Source: Lepidodermella squamata (taxonomy: Eukaryota; Animalia; Gastrotricha). Taken from it: a stretch of DNA of 64,000 nucleotides. Both the position numbers and the translations under genes were made by a program. This document shows positions 51,139 to 64,000 of this stretch, one piece after another. Below the pieces are notes generated by a model. It saw nothing but the letters and a program-made list of their open reading frames with translations. It had not been told where the DNA came from and ran no database searches. Each line of letters begins with the position of its first letter. Position 1 is the first letter of the stretch. The stretch covers positions 558,001 through 622,000 of the forward strand of contig JBLDXI010000012.1 of NCBI GenBank assembly GCA_047495785.1. Direction: 5' to 3'.

Positions 51139-53644
51139 AAACCTAATGTTGAATTTTTGAGCAACTTGAATTTTGCGCGACTAATTACTACCAAACTTAT
51201 TTAACTGTTTGCTTTATTGCTTTCAACTTTCATTTTAATCCAAACATATTTATATCCTCATACGACCTCGGATGTGAGACATGATTTATGTGTTTTAGAA
51301 GTTAAAAGTCATTTGCCTTCTTGCCAGTAGGGACTCTATTACTCTCTTTTACAGGAATTTTAGTTGTCAGTGGCTGGGATATATCTAGGTTTTGGAAACA
51401 AGGAGCTGTCCACTTGAAAATCGGTAGAAGTCATGTAGCGAAGAGATAGTCGACAATTTCAATTTCCGCCAAGTTGGGGTATAGGGGTGTGTAGATTGTT
51501 CATCTAAGGACTAAGGCATTTCAGAATGGAAGCTATACTCTGTGTGCAATTATAACAGTGCCGCCGTGAAGATTTCCTTAACTCGAATCCATGTTGAGAT
51601 TGCCCGATTGTTTAATGTACAAAGGGTATTCCTTATGGCACGGTTATTTTTGAAAATTCCACTTCTAGTAGGAAACAGGAAATTACAAATAATAGCTGGC
51701 TGAGTGCCGACACTGAACTTGAGCCAAAATCAGTCTTATATGACTTTGGCCATGTTACAAGTTACAGATGGATGGGTATATGAAGCCATCGCACATGGCT
51801 TGACAGTTCAGTTCATCTTCCAGTGCTACGGCATATGTGTCGTAGAGGATTATCGTCGCCTAGTTGGCGTCTATAAGGCGGATCAGTGACAACAGAATTG
51901 TCAGCTTTTATCTAATCTCATTTTATATTTTTCTGGCCACTCATAACAGACAGGTTTATCTTGTTCTGAGGGATCTATTTCGTTGATCCAGAAAATACTG
52001 ATAGCATATTATGTCTTTTGGCATCCTAAGACGAGGGAAACCGAAATATCTGGATTTGTTATCATACTACAAAGTGCGGCTTTGAACTTTATTGGTCGAT
52101 GTTATAAACGATGGTTATATGAGGCTCGCCAAGCGATTTCAGCCCCATCTTCATCTGAGCAGTCATTTGAACAGGCAACAGCAAATGTATGAGTAATCGC
52201 TATTGCGTAATACGTAATTTCAAATGCCCGTATAGAGACGAAATCGCTTGACGAGTCTCGTATACAATTGATCCGTGGATCCAAATGGTGGGAAACATAC
52301 GAAATTGTGTACATTCTCCCGTCCCAAACATCGTTTACAGTACTATCCGCAAAAAAGTAAGTCTTTCGAGCCTCGGATAAATATCAGATTAGGAGTAGGT
52401 AAATTTTGAAATCTTTTATCCTGAGCGTTTCTCAGTAGACCCGTCAACTTTAGTCGCTCACTTCCAATTCGGGCGTTACGGTGCTTATCTGATATCTTCA
52501 TTTTCCTTTTAGAATCAGCTGGGCATCAGTAGTCGCTGTGTCAGCTGCATCAGCTTGATGACTATTTTGCATTGAGTATAATTTTTCGATCGCTATGATT
52601 TTTAATTATTATATAACAAGCGAGTCAGATAAATTTAGGTATTTGGACGAGAACTTGTCAATCGTTTTCGCTCCACGTTCTAATCCTACAACTGTGAAAC
52701 ACAGCGCCGCTGGTTTCTTTGATGTTTACTCTCGCTTTGGAAATGTTTCCTCTCTGGGTTTACGCAATAGGTGCGAGCTCGTGTGCTTGACAGACTTCTC
52801 GTATTAGCTAGGAATTCCTTTATTAGAGTGGCTTGCGGTTACGTTGTTCCACTAAGGAGCATTTTCTTAAATTGTAAGTATATATGCATTTCTTTTCACT
52901 TGCATCTTCATGGGAATCATTCATCTTTCTTTGTGCCTAGTTTATTTTTGTTGTTTATAAGATAAACACGGATACATTTACACGTCTAATTAAGTTCCAT
53001 ACATGAATATTGCGTTACATTTTAGAAAACACATGAGTAGACTTTTGCTGTCGTTGAAGTTATTCTGTCATGACTGCAGCCGTACTAGTCAGGCAAGTAA
53101 CACGTTTGCGTCAGTTAAATGCATTATCTAGGCTTAGTATATATATTTTGAGCTTTGACACTAAATCAAATGAGTTTTATATGCGTGCAGTTTTGTTAAG
53201 CCATGTCTGCGTTTGTTGTTCATCGCGCGTCAGAAAAATGTTTTGTTATCAGCCTGAGATTTGACTGTGTTGTACTATTTAATGGAAGTATGCCTGTGCA
53301 TGGCAGATAAACAACCGCCCCGGAGCAAGGTGTTGGAAGATATTCGTCGCTCGGCGGTCCTGCAGGGTAACGTGAGCGCTGAAAGTCTCGGTGGGCACGT
53401 TTTATAACACGACTGCAAGAGTCCGCACTTCGTGTTTGTGAGACCGTTATAAACACGGTTGTGTGCGTTTTTACGGCTCTTTACGGTTTGGTTGGCACTC
53501 GACGGCGTTTCATCGCACTGTTTTGCCGCTTGCGCTGTTTGTTATCGTCGGTTTTATATTTCTAGCATTGTTTTTTTGTTTTTTTTTCTCGCGCGTTATT
53601 AGTATTACCTATTTGTTAACCGCATTTGCGAAACCGACAACGAA

Positions 53645-55295
53645 ATGCCCAGCGGTTCGTTGCTTGTGACAGACGACCAGAAGAACGCTCTTGCATTACT
53701 GGCCGAACTGGAAGATGCGGGTTCGTGTTTTTTATTTATGTATAGTGTTTGCTTTGTTAATTTCAACAGGGCTCTTTAATTATACGAAATGGTTAAAAAT
53801 ATTATTTTGATACCTATCGTTGTTGTTTTTTGATGGGTGTTCATGTTATACGCTGTAGGGAAACACGAGTTTATCGCGCAAGCTGCCAACTTCCTGAGCG
53901 CCGGAATCAACCGCAAGCTGATTTCAGTTGCGAGCAAGAAACTGAACCGGGACACTGCCGACGTGGAAGCGTGCATGTTTGCCATTATGAAGTTGTTTAC
54001 GGATTCTGCGAGGCTTGAGGTTTGCGCTTACGCAGATACTCGTTGATTACACGCTGCATAAGTAGACAATGCGACCCGTGCCGCTGGTGTCTGTCGTCAG
54101 CTGGCCGGTTTCGGTGTCGTCCTTCACCGTGCCCATGCTATTGTCCATAGGCACTTCTGTTTAATGTCGTATTTTCCCATACCTGCCTGTGCTTTAGCGA
54201 CGGCGGCGGGTTGTTTGCACATTTTCCTACATTATCTCGTGAACCCGCTATTTCCCTTTTCATCGTGTGTCACTATCATAATAGTAATGCGAGTATTATA
54301 CCGCATTTAGTAGGTGTCTACACCTTGATCATGATCCAAGCTGCGATTTGCCTATTGACGCTCTTTTGTCACACCGTCCCTAGAAGAAACCAAGTGGTGG
54401 CATTAACTATGCAGTAGAGCATGCCTTCACTGACCACCCTCTATCTAAGAGTATTCCGATATATTGACATTTGCCTCTCTCATCCTTTAGTCGAAAGTGG
54501 ACGGTGTGTTGTGAAACACCACGAATTGTGTAGCATGTTTGCGTTTGTGCGCCTCTTTCAAGAGAGAAGACCGATCCTTGGCGAGATGCGGCGTCGTATT
54601 CAGGGCATTCAATTTTTCGCAAGGCTCGTAATAATGAAATTATTATTGTTATTACTACGTTCATCATTATTACCGCAGATTTATAGCGCGCGCACGTCTC
54701 ACGTCGTAAATTTGATGCGACGCCTAGCGTTTAATCGTGTAATTTATCGTTTTTTAATTACGACAGCTATCTGGTGAGGACGTCGAACGCTCACTCTCCG
54801 ACCAGCTCGGCGACATTTGGCTCCAGTCTGGCTGCGTCGCCAAGTTTTGTCAGGTTTATTCGTCGGCCTTATCCGGCATCCGACTCATGCTGAAAGCCAA
54901 GGCCGAGCGCGTCTCGCTGCTTCAATTCCATGATTTAGATTGGCGTTTAGAGGCCGAGGTGTGTTTCGTTTTATAGTCGCTGCTGTTGATTATAATAGGA
55001 GATTTATTATTATTATTATTATTTCACTACTGGCGCCATGTGTTTTCGTATTACATAGGTCGCGAACCGGTTTGCCCAAGACTTACAGCCGCCTAATGTT
55101 AAACTGTCGATTCTTCTCGAGCTTAATGGGCCCGTTGACAACAGCATTACTGATGCAAACACTAATTGTGGCGCCGCTGCTCGCCACGTTTTAGAAACCG
55201 ATGTACCTACCCTTGCTCACATTACAAAAACTCTTGAGCAAGCCCTGCAACACGGCAAGGACAGGCATTCCAGGAGGCTTGCGAAAAACCTGTAA
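53645..55295 (+). CDS. COMMD2: COMM domain-containing protein 2
   Basis: Exons approx. 53645-53720, 53859-54019, 54767-54958, 55059-55295: A.NFL..G.N.K....A.KKLN, FHDLDWRLEAEVA.R, LETD.PTL.H....LEQAL...K..H.RR. Confidence 0.88.
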
Positions 55296-55484
55296 TTAGA
55301 CCCAGACACGCGAAATATGTTAATTGCTTGCTAAATTTTTGACTCGTGGACAAACCAAATCTAGTCAATGATTATACTTTTATTACCTAAACTGATTCTC
55401 GATTAATAATCATTCAATTCTTTCCGCATCTAGATATTATAAAAATGAATTATGTTATTAAATAATTAATTGATTGCTCAACTC

Positions 55485-58400
55485 ATGACTCGGATCCGGG
55501 GTGAATCTCATCCTGCTATGTCAGCCATGACCGACAAAAAATCTCAGCAGTATTCTTCTGGTCTCATGTCGCTATTTATTAGCAATCGGCCTTTCATCTC
55601 ATCTTATTCACGAAATTTGGCTTTGCTCATCGTGTTCGGCTCATTATTACCCTGTTTGGTATCCTGCGCTGGCCCAGTGATGCTTAATATCAAACAGGAC
55701 CCAGTCAACCCCATCAGATTGAACCTCGTATCAGCGGCGAATGACCCGCCGTTCACTGTTATGTTTGCGTTTAAAACGTGTCGAAACGTCGATATTGTTC
55801 GATTTTATCGAGGTGCTGGGAATATTTTAATCGGCACTGTCTCTTTAAGAGATTCCTTCCTCGGATTTTGCATGGAGCGACCGAAACGGTGCGAAAATTC
55901 CGAGGTGAAATTGGCGCTCAACGAGTGGCATATAGTCCGAATTTCACCGTACGGAACTTCAAATGACCAGCTGCTCTTCCAGACTTTTAGGCCAGACGGA
56001 GCTTTTCGCACCCCGACGGCGCTGGAAAGTCGTTTAATTTCATTTTCATCGTCATTTGCCGTCACAATATCAACAGCGCTATACGCAGAAGTGCCAGCAT
56101 CATTTCGCGGCTGCTTCTCGCCATCGTTGGGCTTCGATCTAGGCCTCATTTCGTCTTCTGACGACGCTCAGTCTTTCTTGGTCGGCGATGGCAGTTGTTA
56201 CATGGATGTTGCATGGCCGTCGAAATCTGGGCGCAGGGTTTACGCTGGCGAGTGTTTCATCAACGTTACGTGTCCTGATGGCAATGTGTGCCAGAGGTGT
56301 TCGGTGGACGAGCCCGATTACTGCACTTGCGTGCCGCCCTACTCGTCGTCATCTCAGATTCAAGATAACGGCGCAGTTATCACTCAATGTCGCATGATGC
56401 GGCTCAACTCGCCGTGCCGTTCGAACCCGTGCCGGTCGGGCGGGACCTGCCTCACGCAAGTCGACGCGGCCACAAATCAGACGACTTTTTCGTGCCTCTG
56501 CCCGCCCTTATACACCGGGCAGTTGTGCGACGTGGCGATCGACGCGTGCCAGCCTAACCCGTGCCTGAACGGCGGCATTTGCATGAAAGACAGCGCAACA
56601 GGCCAGGCGACGTGCCAGTGCCACGGAACAGGTTTGTTTTTGTTCACGCAAGACAGCCGTTAAGATGCGCGCGTTGTTTGTTTAACATGCGACCCGATTT
56701 TCATTCACAACATACTCGCTACTAATTACAAATTCCAATCGTCGGTCGTCGGCAGCCTGTGTCTCTAATGAGATGTTGCGTCAAGCCAAGTAGCAATAGG
56801 TACACAGCGTGTTGTTGTCTCAGCGGTCTCTGCCTACCTACCAATTTTTAATTCATAGCGTTTTTCACTCGATTATTTTTCAGCGTCGTCGATGATTGAA
56901 TGAGCTAAGTGATTTGCGGCGTCCAGGTGCGCGCGGCTTTTCTTTAAATAACGCGGAAAAATTCAAGAGCTACGATCGTTGATCGCTGCTTATTGCGATT
57001 ATTTATAGCTTTAAAACGTAGCCCTCATTTTGTAAAATACAAACGGATAGCGGAAAGAAAACACAGCGAGCGGGCCTGTAAACAAAGATGAAATTTAGCA
57101 ACAGCAGCAGCTGCTATTTATTTATTCGCATTATGATGATTATTATTGTTATTCTATGGCGACTAAATTATTGTTGTTGTTTCGTGCGGCGCTGTTGTTT
57201 GTTGAAATGTTGTTTCCTCTCGCTGATCGACGACGACGGCGAGCTGCTCCCTTTTATCGATTTCCTATTTTTAAGCGCCCTGGCATTTTGACTCTACCTA
57301 AGTGACTGTTTTTAGCAGCAGCAGCGTCGCCCTCAGGTGTTATCACCTTTCAAAACAATAATGACAATAACAGCAGCAGAAAATAATAATAACAGCACGC
57401 GTGCCTTAATAAGCTTATAGTCAGCGCACAAATTTTGCGGCACATCGGCAAATTAATAAAAAAACACTTTGAAACTCGGCCTAGTAAACACGCCGCCTAT
57501 TTTTCGTCGCCCGCACGCCCCTTCGGTCAATGGCTACTTGTCGGAAAAATAGCCGTATGATGACAAATGAAAAATCATTAAAAGTGTGCAGTGGCCTGTA
57601 GCAGCGGCGCCTCTGTGTTTGTCCGACAGTAGTTGGCCATTGTACGGCGATGGCGATAGCGGTGGGAAGAAAACCTCGTCGTTTTCAGCGTTGCTATAGC
57701 GCTTGGCCATCAGTTATCATCATGACATGTGTCAACAACGCGTAAAAAAGGACAGAATGTGCGAGCGCGTGGTAAACAATAAAATACCGTCCGAGTTACC
57801 TGTGCGCTATATAGCTGGCTTGTTTGTTTGTCAGTTGGTCGGATTCGGCTGCTGGTGTTGGTGGCAATGTCTTTGAGCGCGTAAATACATGCATAGATGA
57901 TAGAAATTACCGCTAGCTATTTATTACCGCGGCGCGCTTTTCGGCTTGAAAGCTCGAATCATTGGTCTTGGTGATGATAGTCTCGTGGCCTTTGTTGAGA
58001 ATAAACGAGCCGTGTATTGCTACATTCGCTCGCGTGCGGTCGGGCCATGATGATAATAATAGCGATAATAATGATAAAGAAATTTGAACTCGGCAGAAAT
58101 TAATTTCGCTTCATTTCTCAGGCTTTGATGGACCGCAGTGCGAGCACGACATCGACGAGTGCTCAGTTCCTAACGTAACGCCGTGTGCGAGACCGAATGC
58201 CGACAGGTGCTTCAATTTGCCGGGCTCGTACTGGTGCAGCTGCAAGACCGGCTTCACAAACCAGACGTGCGCTGACCCCGTTAACCCGTGCGAAAAATCT
58301 ATGTGCCGCAATGGCGCCACTTGCGTGCCACTCTGGCCGCCGCAGCAAGGCCGTAAGATCGGCGACATTCCGCTCTCGGTGTCGCGCTACATTTGCACGT

Positions 58401-61400
58401 GCCCGCCTGGCTTTGGCGGCGAGTACTGCGAAATCAGCTACTCGACGTGTAACAACTTTACGTGTCCGTTCCCTAATTCTGTCTGTTTTTCATCGGCCTT
58501 GGGTTCGACAACGTGCATGTGCTCGTCAAACACCTTCCAGCTATCGTGAGTGGAAAAGAAAATTCTTAAAAGAAGCGAAATTTCGCGTAAAATTGAGGAA
58601 AATAAGAATTCGATCAATTATAAGGAATAAGGATTATAATTAAGATCTGGCGCATAATATGATATTCAAGGTAAAATTCGAAAAAACCTGAGCCGTAATT
58701 TAATTTTCAACATTGGAGAAAATGACGTCCTATTCATCTACCGCGAATTCGTGCTGCCGGCCGTGGTATTTTATATTGTAAGATTTTCAAAGAAATTATT
58801 TTCTCGTCCGAGTCTCCGGAAAAACTGGCCCTGGCATATTGAACTAGTTCTAACCCTACTCATTAGGGTCCATCCTTATATTTCGGTTTATTTGATATTT
58901 TATTTGCAACACAATGTTTTAGAGAAAGAATTTTTTAAACGAATATACAGTTTATGAGATAGCTTAATGAGTGAGAGGTTTGAAAACTACCTGTTCTGAT
59001 ACTAGAAATTGACTCAATTTTGTGCGGAATTTCGTTTCTTCTCCTATTTTAAATATTATTATCGGTAACTGATCGCTTTTTCTTTAGGAAAGAGAAGAAC
59101 TTGTGCTATGCCGCTGATCCCTGTGCAAGCATGCCTTGCAGGCGAGGCCTGTGCCGTGCCGTTAATCCTTTCTCATCAAATGAAGTGGTTTGCGAATGCC
59201 CAGCCGGCTACACGGGGCGTTACTGCGAATCTCTAGTCGATACGTGCCAGCAACGGCCGAATGCTTGCCGAAACGGTGGAACTTGCGTCCCAGCTGGTAA
59301 TACCCCCTTAATCGCCCTGATCCGCTTTATCTTTCTTCTTATCTGTGTACAGTCGGTTCGTTCTCGTGTAGCTGCCCGGCCGGTTACGAGCCCCCGTTCT
59401 GCGACCCAATTGACTACTGTTCGCTCGGAGTCTGTCGCCTCAATGGCTCGCAAAGCCTCGGCTGTGTCAACGAACCGCCCGGCTACCGATGCATGTGCAA
59501 GACCGGCTGGACCGGACTCACGTGTTCGTCGCCGATAGACGCCTGCGCAAACAAACCCTGTAAAAACGGCGGCTTCTGCCAAGTAACAAAACCTGGCGTT
59601 TTCAAATGCGTCTGCCCGTGAGTTGCATATTGCAGAAATCCGCCGCTTGCTGATCATATTGACACGAATTTTGTTGTTGATAGGGCTGGTTACACTGGGC
59701 GGCTATGTGACGAAATAGCGATCGCTTCGCTTTGCGAAAACAACAAATGTCTGAACGGCGGCACTTGTCGCGCGGGCTACGGCCCATACGAAGTTTGCAT
59801 ATGTAAACCAGGCTGGATTGGCCTCGCGTGTGAGACACGCGATCCTTGTTACCCGAATCCATGCGGATCCAATGGTCAATGTTACGAGGTAATAACTTGC
59901 AGTCAATCGGCACGACTGCTTTGGCGTGAATCAAGCTTAAAAAATTAATTAAAAAATATTGATGAAAAATATTAATTGTATCCCATTGCGATGTTCGTTT
60001 TGCAAGGTGCTACCTTCATCACCACTCCAGTACTTGGTTGGTTTTCACCGAAATTTTCCACATAAGTTATTCCGTTTTCCCGCGTTGGAAATTGGTTCTT
60101 TTGTGGTTGATTATTATTACTTGATAACATACGCGAGTTTAAATCGTAGAGTAGCGTGGGGTTGGCATTTTAGCCTCACGATTTTCATATAGTCATTCAT
60201 ACGTGAACTTATGGTGGCAGCGCTGCTTTTTGTGTCGAAAAATTAGCGCATCTGTTACAGCTTAACGGAAGCAGCCTAGTCTTTCACCAAGTGTTGAAAA
60301 ATTGAGCAATTTCACCGACTGTCAATTTTCTTTGGTTTCTCGATTTGACGATCTGACTTATACTTTGGCTCCGGTTTTTTCGCTGAAATTTCCGGATGTT
60401 GAGCTCTACTTCGAAGCTTTACCCTATCGGCTATTCGTCTGTTAGACACGCAATTACCCCCAAATAACGCTTTTATTTGTTATCCACACCGATATAGAAT
60501 TATGTTCTAAGTGTTGTTTGTCACTAACAAATCGTCGCGTCGATGAGAAAAGTTACGGTTTAAATTAGTCAATAGATATACCTGAGCTGAGTGATATTTT
60601 GAATTGTAGTTTCGACTTGCATAGGATACTTTCACAGCATAAGCGCGAGGCAATTTTAATGACTTTGTTCCATTGTGTAATTTAAAGGACGTCGTTTTTT
60701 CGTCGCTGTTCACGGTACGGCCTTTTCGCTTAAAAATCAAGGCAGCTTATCGTTATTACCCCGTATCCTGAGCTTGCGTTTATTTATAATAATTAGCGTC
60801 AATCTGTTAGTCTTTGTATTTCAAGAATACTTTGCATGATGTAGACCTTTACTTTCGATATTAACAGTGTAACTTTCGTCACAGTGTATTACGTTCATTT
60901 TAACCAACTGCATGTCCGTTAAAAATCGCTACTTGTAATCATATTTTTGTGTTGTAAAAATTATCATACCCGAACACGCTGTTTCCTAATACGGTCCAAG
61001 GTGTTCACTACATTTCTCAAATTTGCTTTTTATTTCAGTGTGCGCCTTTTGAAATTATGTTGAAATTGAAAACAATCCTTAATTGTTTTGCTTCTTTCTA
61101 TCTTTGTCGTAGGCAGACTAACTCGAGTCATTTTGAACTAATTTCGAAGCTAACGTATCCCTTTATCTTTTTTTATAGCTTCAAGATCCAAAAGCGAGCC
61201 ATAGGTGTCGATGCCATGACGGCTGGAGTGGACCAAACTGCACCGTTAGAAACCCAGGAGTCGTCAGCTCAATTTCAACTGGTTGTGTCAACGATTCTGT
61301 ATGCGAACCCGGAGGCCGTTGCCAAGACGGCCGTTGTGTATGCAATAAAGCCAGTTTCAACCTTACAACCCCATTCAATTCAACGTTACCTGCGAGATTA

Positions 61401-64000
61401 ATCGAGGTCGGCTGGAGAGGCGATCGTTGTCAGGAACCGATTATCCCAGACCCGTGCGCTGAGTATCCCCCAATTTGCAAGAACGGAGCTCGATGCACAC
61501 GACACGACCCGGAAAATTCGCTCGGATTTTTCTGCAACTGCGGTCGAGTCATGTCAAACACTGAATTTCAGTATACTGGAGGACGTTGCGAGGCTATTAT
61601 GGGTCAGTATTGTTACTTATCGCTATGCCAAAACGGTGGAACCTGTGTTCCAAGTGGCGATGGTGCATCTTGTCTTTGCCCGTCTGGATACACCGGCAAA
61701 AATTGCGAGGGACAGATTAATATATGCGCCGGCAATGGTGGCGCGTCACCGTGCTTTAACGGGGGAACTTGCTTACAAACGGTCAGTGGTGATCCGAGTA
61801 ACTTCACGTGCCAATGCGCGCCTGGTTTTTCGGGAACTTTCTGCGAAGCTCGGAAGGACCTGTGCAACCCGAATCCGTGCAGAAATGACGGACTTTGCTC
61901 AATTAAAACAGTTGCTGGTCAAGGAATCGCCACTTACTCATGTGATTGCTCCCAGACTGGTTTCACCGGCCCGACCTGTGAGACTCAAACGAATTTATGC
62001 TCAAGTCAAACCTGTCAAAATGGCGGAAATTGCGTGCAAAGCGGCGGCAGAATTACTTGCAGGTGCCCGGAGGGATTCGGAGGCGCGTTTTGTCAAAATC
62101 CGTTGAACCCCTGCGAATTGACTCCTAACCCGTGTCAATCGGGTTCAACGTGCGTCCAACCGGATCCGGTCCGCAGTCCGCTGGCGTATGCTTGCTTGTG
62201 CCCACCTGGCATGACCGGGCAATTCTGTGAGCAAGAGATAAATTATTGCGCGAATGTTTCTTGCCACCACGGCGGATCTTGCGTGAATCACGGCACTTCG
62301 TTCCAGTGCATCTGCCAGACCGGATTTACGGGTGCTTACTGCGAGTTGGACATTGTAAGTTGCGACTAATCATCTACTTATGATTATTTCATGATCCCAC
62401 GCGTTTTTCTTCCAGGACGAATGCAAGCTGTTTGCGCCATGTGCGCAGTCGGGGGCACCGTGTCGAAACACGATGGGCTCGTACGAATGTGATTGCCGTG
62501 CTATTACCAGCCGCTGGGTAGACGGCAAAAATTGCACCGTGCCTCTTACAGGTATAACAAGAATCTGTTATTTTTTCGTAGTATCATAGCATAAAGCCGT
62601 AGAAAAATCGCGCCAGACTAGACGGGTGTTTTATATTCTGCGTAGCACTCGCGTATGTGCACAGCTGGTTCTCATTGCTGGGCGAAAAAAGTATCGTAAA
62701 TTAATAATAATTTCACCCCCAACTCTGGCCCACTATCTCTAGTGATTTAATTGCCAGACTAGCACCTAGAACTCCGAATGAACTTCTGTCATTTGGCGAC
62801 GTCAGTTTTTATTGGCTTATTAACAATTGGTATTAGATAGACGCAAGATTTATTCATTCTTGTAATTTGCTATTCTTCTAGGCTGCTCGGGCAAGAATCT
62901 GTGTCAGAATGGCGGTACCTGTCATCCGATTTTACAAGACGAGGCGCGCAATGTCCACGATTTCTACTGCATTTGCCCTCAAAGCTGGACAGGAACTTAT
63001 TGCGAAATCGCTAATACAATCAGTTTATATGGAAATGGGTCGATGAAGTACAGCCGGCCTGTTAGAGACATGCCTATATTCCTTACTTTCGACTTCAGAA
63101 CTACGATACCGGAGGGATCACTTCTCGATATCGTCCTAGCAAAAGATCGGTTAGATGACGGCAGATCGAGTTCACCGGCGTTAATTTCGCTGAATTTATT
63201 GCGCGGCTATCTTCGCATCAACTTTTTCCAGCGTAAACAATTTGCATATCCTTATTCGGCTGCTAATGACGACTGGACTTCGGTTGAACTCGCAGTTTAC
63301 CAGAACGGAACCAGCAAAATTAAGGTCAAGCAATCGATGTGCGATTTTCCATTCTGCATGTCCTCCTTCGAGGCCGTTGCTCCGGCTGGTTTAATTTCGC
63401 AAGATTCTGACCAGATGATGCATTTCTTCTTCGGATCTCGATCGAAGCCGACATCATCAGGTTTCATTGGCTGTGTCAGAAATGCGACATTGAACACTGA
63501 TATTGTCATTAATTCGCTGTTAACTGAAAAGTTGAACACTTATCACGGATGCCGCCAGACCAGTCCATGTTCCGAGCCTTCGAACCAGTGCAGCGGGAAT
63601 GGAGTTTGCGTCGATCGTTGGATTCGAACTGATTGCAAGTGCTCGCCTGGCTTCGATGGTCCCACCTGTTCTCAGCGCTTGCCAAAATACACCCTTGGTT
63701 ATGTTGATTCGATGCCGAAATCGATAAAACTAACCCCTACACCGGCTTTCAAGTACCCACTAGACATGACAATCGCGTTCAGACCATCACCGACCAATGG
63801 TAACATGACAACTCAGCTACTCATGGTCAGCTTCAATTCATCTGGTCAATCGAATGTCGGATTTTTATTCACCCTGTCGAATAACTGGTTATTTATGAAT
63901 GCGAAACAAGTCAGCGGCCGGGTTGAGCCAGGTAATCAGCATCTTCTGTCGTTGTCTGTCACGCCTGATAACCAGAGAAATAGCTTGGTGGTTCAGGTTA
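55485..64000 (+). CDS. crb: Crumbs apical polarity protein (EGF repeats + laminin-G domains), 5' part; continues beyond window
   Basis: Signal-like segment, N-terminal LamG-like module, roughly 20 EGF repeats across many exons. LTGC....CQNGGTCHP.L.DE...H.F.C.CP....G..CE...T.S directly before a LamG (FDFRTT...GFIGC), then EGF (C.DRW...C.C...G.TC) and another LamG, the crumbs arrangement. Start Met uncertain. Confidence 0.8.

Overview
Gene-dense animal (metazoan) genomic DNA using the standard genetic code, with mostly 45-75 nt GT-AG introns. Motile-cilia genes (IQCG/DRC9, CFAP119) suggest a ciliated invertebrate, but I cannot name the taxon. About 21 protein genes can be assembled by hand: METTL17 (partial), PFDN4, an unannotated His/Met-rich single-pass microprotein, MVD, CCDC102-like, PLAC8/cornifelin-like, two secreted CUB-only proteins (9 and 7 CUBs), a CNGA-like channel with an aberrant pore, IQCG, C10orf53, KDM6A/UTX, a divergent H2B / H2A.X-like pair, eIF5A, a secreted SUEL-lectin-like protein, EMC1, a MOLO-1/TPM-like protein, CFAP119, SVBP-like, PCCA, COMMD2 and crumbs (partial). 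There are also two MITEs, a 5'-truncated RTE LINE with a 16-bp TSD and pogo-like remnants. Most striking: (1) repeated same-strand gene pairs only 40-280 nt apart with a 3' splice acceptor just before the ATG, suggesting operons resolved by SL trans-splicing, some functionally coherent; (2) a 44-nt element identical in both histone 3' ends with a non-canonical downstream part; (3) a putative copper-binding, CTR1-ectodomain-like microprotein. All homology calls are from recalled motifs and no database search was run.
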